Assembly (NCBI GenBank): GCA_034226945.1
Contig: CP120456.1
Coordinates: 62,001 to 126,000, forward strand
DNA: 64,000 nt
From: Picochlorum sp. SENEW3
Lineage: Eukaryota
Reading direction: 5' to 3'
Both the position numbers and the translations under genes were made by a program. Below are positions 54,220-64,000 of this stretch, in pieces. The notes beneath the pieces were generated by a model, which ran no database searches, was not told the DNA's origin, and was given only the letters and a program-made list of their open reading frames with translations. Position 1 is the first letter of the stretch, and every line of letters begins with the position of its first letter.

Positions 54220-54550
54220 ATATACTATATAAGACAAATAAAAGGTCAATTCAGCTATTTTAATGGATACGTGGCTCGGCACTGGAACAGCTATGTGCCA
54301 CAGAGATTATGATACTCATGCTGAGAGTGCATGAAGCAAAGAGAAAGATATGTAGCCAGGAAACGTGATTCCTCGGGTGTATATTAAATTTATTCTTATT
54401 TTTGTGATATAAGTATGAAACCACCGTGTGAAATTCAGCAAATCTGCATCGTTTGAATCCGTTTTCAGAGAATAGAAGAGACTGTAAAGGAAATAACGCA
54501 CTGCGCAGCTCGCTCCGAAAGTCAATGGAACGGAAATCACAGGGACACAA

Positions 54551-55948
54551 ATGGATATAAATATTATCAAATATCTCGAATCTTTACAGATTCAGTCTTC
54601 CAAGGACAGGTGGGTGTGATGGTGGCCTGGTGTGAACTGCTTGCATGGGTACGGGCATCACAAGAATATGGCTCATATTCACATTATTGTTCCCTGTAGG
54701 TCACGTATATATGAAATAATTCGATCTAAAAAAATCGAATGTGTCGTAAAATCTTTCACAACTCTGGAGACGTACCCTTCTCGTGCCCTTGTGCTTGGAG
54801 GAGAACGGCCTGTAGAGTTTAACAAAGTGTTTGCAAGTGTGTGGTATGATGCAAATTCTGTTTTGTTCGGAACAAAATGCAACAGGCTTCTGATGCTTGA
54901 TATGAAACAGAAATGTATCTCTGAGATACGGAAACCCGATCGAGAAAGGAGGTCAGAGGACGTGTATTCCCCAAACAGATTCAGTAGTACTGAAAAAACT
55001 GGGATTCATGCTTTGTCGTTGAATCCATCACGAACTCTGATTGCAACTGGTGGAACGGATACTCGCGATCTTATTGTTCTCGATGGAGAATCTTTCAAGC
55101 CAAGAGTTTCGTTACTAGGTCATACAGATTGGGTATTTGGGTGTGCATGGATCTCAGATCAGCATTTGGCCAGTGCAAGCAAAGATCGCCGAGTTGCTCT
55201 CTGGAATGTAAAGTCGGAGCACCAAGATCTCTCTACAAGTCAAACAGATCCATTAATGAATCACAAGGTTCTGAAATACTATGAAGATGAGAATCAGCAT
55301 TCCGCGATTGAGGAGGAGAACAACATGAATGAAGGTGTTCTGATGACAGAGCGATACCCTTCTCGCATAAGAGAGGTCAAGTACGTGCCAGCCAATGGTT
55401 TCGTTGCAGCTTTGTGCGGAGATTTATCAGTAAAATTACTGGATCCATGTGACAACCTTCGAAAGGTCCGAACGTGTCGTCTTCCTGGTCGCTCAAAGGA
55501 TCCAGTATGCTTGAGCATTCAGGGTCATACCATTGCTGTTGGTAGTCTGAATGAGGTGACCCTGCTGGATCCAAGAGTGCGCGGGATGCACCACGCCTTT
55601 ACGAGTATTGCCTCCCCCGATAGGAATTATGGAGTTCGATCAGTAGAGTTTCAAGATCATGCGCTGTCCTTCGGGACAGGATCCGAAAGCCTTGTCATCT
55701 TTGACACTCGCATGTTGAGACATGCCCAGGGTACAATTACGACCGATTCACCCTCTTGCTACGGTGTCCTGAGAAGCGGCAGAAATACTTGGAGCAATTA
55801 CTCAGGAAATCATATGCTGCACAATGGCCAACCCTCCAAATCTGCGATTTATACGCATAAATGGCATCCTCAGGCTCCCTGCATCTTCATAGCTGGAGGC
55901 CCTCTGTCAAACATGGATGATGGCCATCTCTGTGCTTTCTGGAAATAA
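54551..55948 (+). CDS. DCAF12: DCAF12-like WD40 protein (CUL4-DDB1 substrate receptor); exons 54551-54609, 54700-55948
   Basis: NKVFAS.W, GTKCN, GIHA..LNPSRTLIATGG, GHTDW, YTH.W and AGGPL motifs. Confidence 0.85.
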
Positions 55949-55976
55949 TATTATCCACATGGTATTTACATAATTA

Positions 55977-57383
55977 TCAAGCTAATTTCGAGTAGGGAAA
56001 CGATGTGCGAGATTCTCTGTTAATTTCAAGGACATCAATACTATCCTCAGTTCCCACATAAAGCCTGGATCCACATGGAGAAAAATCAAATCCACAAATG
56101 TCGATATCCTCGTGCATATCATCCCTCACTTTAATAATCTGTCTATTTTCCCACATCCTGCAATCAACAAGATGTAAATAATTCCTATGCTCTGTAAATG
56201 CCAGGAGATCCAGAGGGTCTGGTGAAAACTTGACACATCTGGCAGCTGATGGCGTCGTCAGGCGTGCAACGGGGCGCTTGTGCCGTCGATCCCATACGCA
56301 TACCAGGCCATCCTGACTTGCAACTGCAAATGATGTTCCAGTAGAATTCCAATCACAGCTCATACCAGCATCCGTTGCCTCTCTGAACGTGCAGCACTGT
56401 CTATATCCCGTTGGTGATGGTCTGCACACAAAGACTTCCTCTGAATCCCCAACATACACCAATGTCCTTTCCTTTTCTGATATAGCACAATGATTAATCG
56501 ATACAGGACAATATAGCGAACTAGATTCCGACATTTGAAGCTCTCCATGCTGATCTATTCCAGTCATGACCACGAGATGCCCGCTATTATTGCATAAAAA
56601 TGCACTCAATCGACCATCTAAATCCTCTGTTATCTTTATCGCATTGTTCACATGCCCTCCAGTTTGAAGAGATCCATAATGTTGGATGCTATTTTCAACC
56701 GGAAGACCAATAGACCGCAATGCTGGGCTAACATGCTGAACTGCGTATTCAGAAACTTCTCCAGCAACTCCTAGAAAAGATTCTCCAAACCCAAAACATG
56801 TCGGCTCAAATAAGAACCCATGCCTATCAACAACATTTTGACGGGAAATATCGTACCGATATATCGCAAAACCTTTCACAACAAAGACGTCATCCCGTTC
56901 AAATGGGCACCGCACCAAATCTCTGAGCTGCCAATGCTTGATCTGTATCGATGACCCAATATATTTCTGGTGCTTTGCAAAATCATTCCATGTACTATTC
57001 CTTAAACTTGCACTAGAAGGGCGTGCAGAGGACATTGCCCTACTATACGCATGGTACAGCAGGGATTGTACATTGGCAGGACGCTCTCTCATTCTTGAAA
57101 CTCGCTCAGGTGCAGTGGTGTTCCCATCACCCATGCCTTGTTCAACATCATACGCCCATGGCCTTCTCGTAAATATTTGATCCCCAGAGTGAACTACATA
57201 TCGTCGAGAGAATTGTTGCATCCCCCCCTCTCCAAACGCATCATCCTCAATCCTTGACTCTGGTCCTATGGGTGGCAGGGCAGCATCTGTGCTTGCATCC
57301 ATCATTCTGCCCCACGTGCTATTCGCCCGTACGTCACTCGGATCCAGGCTCATACTATCTTCCATATTCTGATCTACATTCAT
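55977..57383 (-). CDS. WD40 protein, DUF2415/Gid11-like
   Basis: HWQLRDLV, NN, VGDS, FAVASQDG.VCVWD and R.VKFS..PLDLLAFTEH motifs. Confidence 0.8.
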   Translation of the reverse strand: MNVDQNMEDSMSLDPSDVRANSTWGRMMDASTDAALPPIGPESRIEDDAFGEGGMQQFSRRYVVHSGDQIFTRRPWAYDVEQGMGDGNTTAPERVSRMRERPANVQSLLYHAYSRAMSSARPSSASLRNSTWNDFAKHQKYIGSSIQIKHWQLRDLVRCPFERDDVFVVKGFAIYRYDISRQNVVDRHGFLFEPTCFGFGESFLGVAGEVSEYAVQHVSPALRSIGLPVENSIQHYGSLQTGGHVNNAIKITEDLDGRLSAFLCNNSGHLVVMTGIDQHGELQMSESSSLYCPVSINHCAISEKERTLVYVGDSEEVFVCRPSPTGYRQCCTFREATDAGMSCDWNSTGTSFAVASQDGLVCVWDRRHKRPVARLTTPSAARCVKFSPDPLDLLAFTEHRNYLHLVDCRMWENRQIIKVRDDMHEDIDICGFDFSPCGSRLYVGTEDSIDVLEINRESRTSFPYSKLA

Positions 57384-57943
57384 GCTGTAGATACCTGTAC
57401 AGAGGAGAACCACGCGTGAAAATCAGTAAGAAAAGGCTCCGGTCAGAAGGCTCCCATAGCCGATGCTTGGATGAGACCCACGAGCATCCTCGGAAGGCAC
57501 GACAGGCGCCCCCCAGAACTATCCTACACGCTCAAAGACGTACCTAAATCCCCATACGCAGTAGAAACACCCAATGCAACACGCTATTAAACATTCAAAT
57601 GCACCAGTAGGGCATACGCTGCACGGAATGTTGGGAATGTGCCTCCGAGGTCCCCGAAAACAGAGATGCGACACTGCACCCAACAAAATTCGTCACTGTA
57701 TCGTGCTCTTTCTTGATACTATGAATGTATGAAATTATAAAGTATTTGTAAATGCGTATCTGAAGGATGGGAGTGCGGCATTCTACTAACGAGGGCGTCC
57801 ATTGCATTCCAGACATGCACCCCATCTCATCACATTCCCCTTCCTTGGAAATGGAATTCAATGGCCACTGTTCCAGCCAGCTGGTTTGCTCTGCAGAACA
57901 ATGGCGATTACATAGGAAAATATCTGAACCAAATTATGGCATA

Positions 57944-60412
57944 TCAACGACATATTGGGCTTAATTTATGAGATATGGCTTGTTTTGCTGCACTTGATAT
58001 CCTGTGACAACCAAAGATGTTGATATCAACCAGGGACGTGGATGCAGCAAAAGCCTCGAGGGTTCTATCGGTGATTTTCCAGCTGAATAATAGGTCAAGA
58101 TGCTTTAGCCAAGGCATGGAGGCAAGTTCTATAGCAGACTCGTCTCCAAATTGCCAGCAGAATTGTACAGATAAATGTGACAGCGACTCCCTCATTCCTC
58201 GAGCAATGGTTCTGATGCCCTGATCTGTGATGCCCATGGAAGCCTGAAATGAAAGTACTCTGATCTTTGAAAGATACGACGCAATGTATGTCACGGATTT
58301 ATCTGAAATACGGCGGCATTGTTTTAGGTTGAGGGTGGTGATGGTTGGGTTTTGGCTGACAAGATGGAAGATGCCATCATCTTTCATAGACGAGCACCCA
58401 CCGAGTATCACAGTGTGCAAGCGTGGCATGTGTGACCATTGCTGGAATCCATCTCCATGTATATCATAGCAATCACTCAAATCGATGGATTCGAGTCTGT
58501 GGAGCTTGGATAGGGATGCAAGGCCTTTGTCTGTCATTGTGCAGCAGTTTTGTAGGGACAATGTGGCAATGTTTGCCCCAAGACTCTGCAATCCTCTATC
58601 GAATAATGGAATATTTGAGCATCCATTTAAGACGAGGGTTTGCAAACCTTGAAGACGCTTCAAAGGGGCGAAGGATGTTCCAACCAAGTTTGGACAGCTG
58701 CTGAGAATCAAATCCTCCAATGTCGCATTGAGAGATTGCAAGGCAGAACAACCTGTCCAATTCAGATGACTTGCGACGAGCCGAGTGAGTTTTAAATGCA
58801 TGATGTGGCGCAAATCTTCTGGAGGAATCTTGGAACAGCCAGAGATGTCCAAAGTTTTCAGCTCTCCAAGGGACGACAGAGATTGAAGTGCGCCTTTGTT
58901 CAATCCTTCACAATTTCTCAAGCTCAGTGTTTTCATATTCTTCATTCCCGACACGCCCTGAATCCCCGCTCCATCTGCATTGTGTATATTTTTACATCCA
59001 TTCAATTTCAATTCTGTAACCCTCGAAAGAGAATGCAAGTGCTTCAGGGAGTCGTTATTCAACTGCCAACACGCTGAGAGATCCAGGCAGCACACCGACT
59101 CGAGCTTTCCCATGCCTGTCAGATCAACCAGGCCACAACATCCCCTCATATTTAGATTTCGTAATTGACGTAGTTCAGATAAGCATTCAATTTGAGTCCC
59201 TCGAATATGCTCACATGACCGCAGGTCCAAACTTTCCAAACATCTCAGGGTGGCAATATATGGGAAGATATCATCATTTATCCCATGGCATCCGCGCAGG
59301 CTCAATTCAACCAGTCCCAATTTCATACTAGAGAGACACGACAGAGACGAGGAATCTAATCGCATGCAATTCCACAGGTTTAGATACTTCAAATGTCTCA
59401 AATGAGTCAAAATTGATAGATTTCTGACTGTAATACATCCAGAAATATCTAGGCCCTGGAGTCTCTGGCATATGGTCAGTGGCTGGAGCATATCATCTCC
59501 AACAGAGACTGTCCTGGAATACCCACCCAACCGCAGCTCCTTGAGACTTGTGAGATGCTCACTCACAGCACATGTACTGATTTCTGTTAGCAATGGAATT
59601 CCTGACAAATCTAGGTATTCTAATGATGGAGGGCTGCTTTCTTTCAGTTTTCCATGGCCACAGAATGATAAAATGCCCTTGTCTGTAATCTTCACGCAAC
59701 GCTGCAGACTCAGCCATTGCAACTTCTTCAGGCTCCCCAACATGTGTACAAATTCATCAGTGATATTTTCTGCACCCTGCAGATTCAACTTTTCCAAATG
59801 CTTCATATGAAACAATCCTTTAGAAAGCGACTCATCCGACAACATTGATGCGCAGCGCGTCAAATCAATACAATGCACATTAGGAAACGCTCCGAGAAAC
59901 CCATGCTCAATCGCTACCAAATCCAGCGTCCTCGGCTTCAACGACGTCATTGTATAAGTTATGGCCTCATTCCATTCCCTACATACGAGACGAGCCATCT
60001 GTACATCGTCCGATCCAAGATGGCCGAGAATAATGTCCATGACTTCTCTGGGCAGGTCTATCCACCGTGAAGGACCTGCCCAGAGGCATTCCTCCTCCGC
60101 ATGATCATTCTCGGGCTCCAATGAGAGCCGCTGCTCGCATTTCTCGGGACTGGGAGGAGACAGTATAGGATCTGCAGGCACACACGACACCCGATTGATA
60201 AAACCCTTGGAGAAGCCACGTTCCCCTTTCTCCCGTGCTTGCTCGCAACCCCGACAGGAACGTATCGAATCGGCCACACGTACCTCTAGGTCCCTCCTCA
60301 TACTTGTGCTCTGATTTTTCAAAATTTTTCGAGCCCTGTCGAGAGTAGATTCCGCCCTCCATCGAACCGTGCAACCCTTGTGCTCAAGATCCAGTATCGA
60401 CACGTCGTTCAA
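57944..60412 (-). CDS. F-box/LRR protein (FBXL14-like); start uncertain
   Basis: WIDLPREVMDIILGHL...ARLVCREW F-box followed by many LxxLxLxxC repeats. Confidence 0.9.
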   Translation of the reverse strand: MNDVSILDLEHKGCTVRWRAESTLDRARKILKNQSTSMRRDLEVRVADSIRSCRGCEQAREKGERGFSKGFINRVSCVPADPILSPPSPEKCEQRLSLEPENDHAEEECLWAGPSRWIDLPREVMDIILGHLGSDDVQMARLVCREWNEAITYTMTSLKPRTLDLVAIEHGFLGAFPNVHCIDLTRCASMLSDESLSKGLFHMKHLEKLNLQGAENITDEFVHMLGSLKKLQWLSLQRCVKITDKGILSFCGHGKLKESSPPSLEYLDLSGIPLLTEISTCAVSEHLTSLKELRLGGYSRTVSVGDDMLQPLTICQRLQGLDISGCITVRNLSILTHLRHLKYLNLWNCMRLDSSSLSCLSSMKLGLVELSLRGCHGINDDIFPYIATLRCLESLDLRSCEHIRGTQIECLSELRQLRNLNMRGCCGLVDLTGMGKLESVCCLDLSACWQLNNDSLKHLHSLSRVTELKLNGCKNIHNADGAGIQGVSGMKNMKTLSLRNCEGLNKGALQSLSSLGELKTLDISGCSKIPPEDLRHIMHLKLTRLVASHLNWTGCSALQSLNATLEDLILSSCPNLVGTSFAPLKRLQGLQTLVLNGCSNIPLFDRGLQSLGANIATLSLQNCCTMTDKGLASLSKLHRLESIDLSDCYDIHGDGFQQWSHMPRLHTVILGGCSSMKDDGIFHLVSQNPTITTLNLKQCRRISDKSVTYIASYLSKIRVLSFQASMGITDQGIRTIARGMRESLSHLSVQFCWQFGDESAIELASMPWLKHLDLLFSWKITDRTLEAFAASTSLVDINIFGCHRISSAAKQAISHKLSPICR

Positions 60413-60657
60413 GTCTATTTAGACCCACATTCTCAATTCTACCACATGGGTTTCGATAAACATGGTCAATTAAATCGCTATGCATGGGTCCAAGCCACAC
60501 CGTCTCGATGCGAGCACGACTGAGAAATTCCTTAATTGAGAACTTCCTGCGCGTTCCTGATTTTGATTTCTAGATGGCGATGAGACCATCCACACATTGT
60601 CAATCGAATCCAATAACAATAAAAAACAAATCTTTATTCATCTTAATCAAGGATATC

Positions 60658-61148
60658 ATGATGAAACAGTATTTCTTTGTTGCAGCCTTGCTGATCTCAG
60701 CAATCATCCTGCCACAGCAGGCTCTGGGCGCTTCTCTCAAGAAAACAACAGTCAAAAAGGGAGATTGTAGCCAGGTTGCTAAGAATGATGTTCGAGTATT
60801 CGTGCATTACACTGGAACGCTCGAAGATGGAACAAAGTACGCTGAGCGACGATGGTGCCTCGGATCCTTCGAACGGAGACTGATTGATGTCCTTGTTTGT
60901 TGTACAGGTTTGATTCCAGTCATGATCGTAAGACACCGCTGTCTTTCCCAGTGGGGCATGGATACGTGATTGAAGGATGGGAGAAGGGTGTTTTGGGAAT
61001 GTGTGTTGGGGAGCACCGAAAGTTGGTGATTCCTCCTGAATTGGGCTATGGAGATCGTGGGGCTGGAGATGTGATTCCTCCTGGAGCTACACTGTATTTT
61101 GATCTTGAACTTGTCAAGATTGAGGAACTGGAGAAGACGAGTGATTGA
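60658..61148 (+). CDS. Secretory FKBP-type PPIase (FKBP15/FKBP2-like); exons 60658-60836, 60908-61148
   Basis: Signal peptide; [32 protein letters not shown] and IPPGATL motifs. Confidence 0.93.
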
Positions 61149-61188
61149 ATAAAAAAGATCAAATTGCATTCTTTGTAACGTGAATCAG

Positions 61189-63045
61189 TCAACTCAATCT
61201 TTGCATTCTTCTCGTGTTTCCGAGACTTGATGGCTTTGAAATGTAGTCTGTGTTGTTATTTTGTAACACTCGGGCGCTTTTTAGAGACGCAAGCTCCTTC
61301 TCTGCAGTTTCCAATCGTGCTCGAAGGTGGGCTGAGGAGCTGGGCTCTACATGTCGTTTTGCTTGCCCAAGAGTGATTTCCGTCACACCCTTTCCAAAAT
61401 TCAATGTGGACAGTGTCTCACTGACAGACGTTTCCTCCGGAGAGCAATGAACAAACATCATTGACTTTGCATTGCCAGACAGCGAGTCACTCAAGAGGCT
61501 TGTCAACTTTGAATCCCTGAAAGGAATGTGGTCGCGTTTCTCCGCAAGGGCTTGCATGACTGTCCCAAGGGCACTTAGGCTCTTGTTTATATGCTGTGCT
61601 TCTGTCAGGCGGACTCCCTGTGCTCCGCTCCTGCTGACCCTTTCAGACCCTGCCAAATCAATCAGGTTGAGGCATCCTCGTGACCTTGCTTGCGTGGTGC
61701 GATTATACCCATCGACCATGACGGTTAAAATTTGATGGGATCTGGATGACCTCTCGTTCATGTTTGTCGCTCCTACAGACCGATTCAGATCCCCCAGGTC
61801 AAGCAGGTGAGCCACATCATCAGCATTAGATACATCAACTTGGGTTGCATCAGGCACATTTGATCCGCTTGTTTTGGTAGCAACCAGCTTCAAAATTTTA
61901 TCGGTATCTTCTGAGAGAAGATCGCGTATGCTTTCGTTATAAATTTCGAGGAGTTGCACTTTGAATGTAAAATCCTCCTCCTCACTCCGCTCTTCTTGCA
62001 GATGGAAGAGGTCACGAATAGCCCTCACATTGATCCCGGGGTCATCTTTTTGCCCTGACATTGTATGCGTTTTGCCAGATCCAGTCTGTCCGTATGCAAA
62101 AATGCACACACTGTATCCATCGAGGACAGAATTGATGAGAGGCTTTGCCTCCATGTATATGGCTTCCTGCGTGGCCTCTTGGCCGAAGACGCGGTCAAAC
62201 TTAAACTGCATCCATTTCCTATGTTTATTGCTGTATACAGCCATAGTACCTTCGTCCTGATCGTACTCAATGACGGATGGCGATGCATCTCCAGTGACTC
62301 CTTGTGGCCGTACACGAGTGTACACACGAATGTTGCCCCTGAGATCCTGAATCATCTCGTGTAGTTCCCTGTTTTCCTTGATCATATTTTTATATTTAGG
62401 TCGAAGCAGGGAAAGCTGTATCAATTCATCTTTCGCATTTTCGAGCTCGGATTCTAGCTGATTGCACCTTTTACTCATGTCCAACTGTATGGATGCCATT
62501 TCCCCCTCTCGAACCTCCAACTCTCGTCTCAGATCACCAATCGTACTCTCATACGAATCCTTCAGTTCTGCGGCCATAGCATATTGCTCGACAGCAAGCC
62601 CTGCCAGATCACGCTCTCGTTCCTGTTCCAGCTCATCCACCCTCCTGTTCAACTTCACAGACAATGTCCTCATCTCATCCACAGCACCCACCAATTGGTT
62701 CTTCTCTGCTTCTCTCCGCATCAACTCTTCTTCATACTCTCGTGTCAATCGTGCAACGACCTGCTCAACAGCTGGCCCGACCACATCCAAGGCCACATCC
62801 AACTCTACAGAGGTTGGTACCGCATCCACCGATTGCCCACCCATCATCCGGGACTCCATGATGCCCCTGCATGATTCCATCAAATACTCTATGTCTGATC
62901 TGCTACGACATTGAGATACCATTCTCTCAGCCAAAGAGTGCACGTCAAGACTGGCTTCTGCCTGGGTTTCAGCACCAACGACCAACGGCGTTCCGACCCC
63001 CTCACCCCTTTCCTCAAAAGGCTCTTCCTTGATGCAAATATCCAT
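61189..63045 (-). CDS. Kinesin-14, C-terminal motor
   Basis: Coiled coil, neck LRGNIRVY.RVRP, GQTGSGKT, SSRSH and DLAGSE motifs. Confidence 0.93.
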   Translation of the reverse strand: MDICIKEEPFEERGEGVGTPLVVGAETQAEASLDVHSLAERMVSQCRSRSDIEYLMESCRGIMESRMMGGQSVDAVPTSVELDVALDVVGPAVEQVVARLTREYEEELMRREAEKNQLVGAVDEMRTLSVKLNRRVDELEQERERDLAGLAVEQYAMAAELKDSYESTIGDLRRELEVREGEMASIQLDMSKRCNQLESELENAKDELIQLSLLRPKYKNMIKENRELHEMIQDLRGNIRVYTRVRPQGVTGDASPSVIEYDQDEGTMAVYSNKHRKWMQFKFDRVFGQEATQEAIYMEAKPLINSVLDGYSVCIFAYGQTGSGKTHTMSGQKDDPGINVRAIRDLFHLQEERSEEEDFTFKVQLLEIYNESIRDLLSEDTDKILKLVATKTSGSNVPDATQVDVSNADDVAHLLDLGDLNRSVGATNMNERSSRSHQILTVMVDGYNRTTQARSRGCLNLIDLAGSERVSRSGAQGVRLTEAQHINKSLSALGTVMQALAEKRDHIPFRDSKLTSLLSDSLSGNAKSMMFVHCSPEETSVSETLSTLNFGKGVTEITLGQAKRHVEPSSSAHLRARLETAEKELASLKSARVLQNNNTDYISKPSSLGNTRRMQRLS

Positions 63046-63622
63046 CTTTTTAGAAATTCCTACAGTGCAAGATAGGTCCAAAGAGCGACACAGAGAGACA
63101 AACTGAAAAGCAACGACATTGTCACTTCGACCCTTCGTACCAGGACATATCCCCTTGAACGGATTCAGACACTGTAAGAAATGTTTCAAAAATATAAACC
63201 AATCAAGTAGTATACGGAATGGGTACGCATTCGTTGGGAAGTAGATTCTTGCATGTGCTATTCTGAACTCACGCATGGTCTGATCAGAATAGGTCATGAC
63301 CTATTGAATGCGGTCGTTGATAGGTGCCACGGTGCTCATATAATTCTTCGGTCAAGCAATGGTTTCTGTCGGACACAGCCACCATGGTGCTATGTAGCAT
63401 CGATCGCATCGATCAAGTGGGCATTATGATCCACATTGACGCATGAAAATGTGATAAAAATTGTTATAGTTTCTGTTGTAGTGACCTGTATCACCATTCA
63501 GAGCCAGAGGTCTGGGGAATACGACGAGTGCATGACATGCAAAGTGTCTTTGCTATTGCTGAAATTGCCACGTCTGCCGTCATTGAGTACCAGGGAGTTC
63601 TGAAAATTTTAAATATCTAACC

Positions 63623-64000
63623 ATGGTGAACAAAGGCAAGCGTGTGGGGTCTATAGCAGGGGCCAAGAAGCAGAAGAAGAAGTTTAAGCGAGCTGTGGAG
63701 AAGGCACAGGCGGACGAGTTGGATATTCGCAAGGATGATGTGTTTGAAGCGGATACTGTGGATGCCGACGAGGATGTGCATGCGTATCGATATGATGTAC
63801 GTGGTATTGTGGGCCATTGTTGCTGCTGCTGTGTTGATGTGTTTTTTTGGCATGTCCTTGCAGGATATTGACAACTATGAATACGAATTGCCAGAGGACT
63901 TTGAGGACGAGGAGATTGATGAAGATGAAGCGTTCAACTCCGAAGATGAGCAACTGTATGGTCATTTATTCTCCAAAAAAAAGTACTCGGAATCGGAAGG
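63623..64000 (+). CDS. UTP14: UTP14-like SSU processome protein, 5' part; exons 63623-63796, 63864-end
   Basis: Basic N-terminus, then EDEEIDEDEAFNSEDE after a GT-AG intron. Confidence 0.65.

Noticed and set aside
302..63965. Numerous 60-220 aa ORFs overlapping the modelled genes
   Set aside because: Antisense or alternate-frame shadows, many with non-ATG starts, with no family motifs.

Overview
Gene-dense eukaryotic nuclear DNA from a compact green alga. The short GT-AG introns (GTGCGT/GTACGT donors, TGCAG acceptors), TGTAA poly(A)-type signals and plastid-targeted PsbQ/SufD/CCB2 suggest a Picochlorum/Nannochloris-like trebouxiophyte (inference). About 36 protein genes can be modelled, including two absent from the ORF track: a partial TPLATE gene at the left edge and a 3-exon EMC6 gene. 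No rRNA, tRNA, CRISPR array or transposase was recognised. The most unusual items are: (1) one gene fusing a bacterial-type MogA to MoaE (molybdenum-cofactor synthesis), with a hairpin-packed putative 3'UTR intron just after its stop; (2) a short, divergent, pocket-only retinoblastoma-like gene; (3) a PHT4 transporter broken at its conserved Q-x-PGG motif by ~309 nt lacking GT-AG ends; (4) a degenerate GT32 fused to an FkbM methyltransferase; (5) same-strand gene pairs only 12-47 nt apart; (6) several intergenic palindrome/hairpin islands. All family calls come from motif recognition by eye, not database searches.
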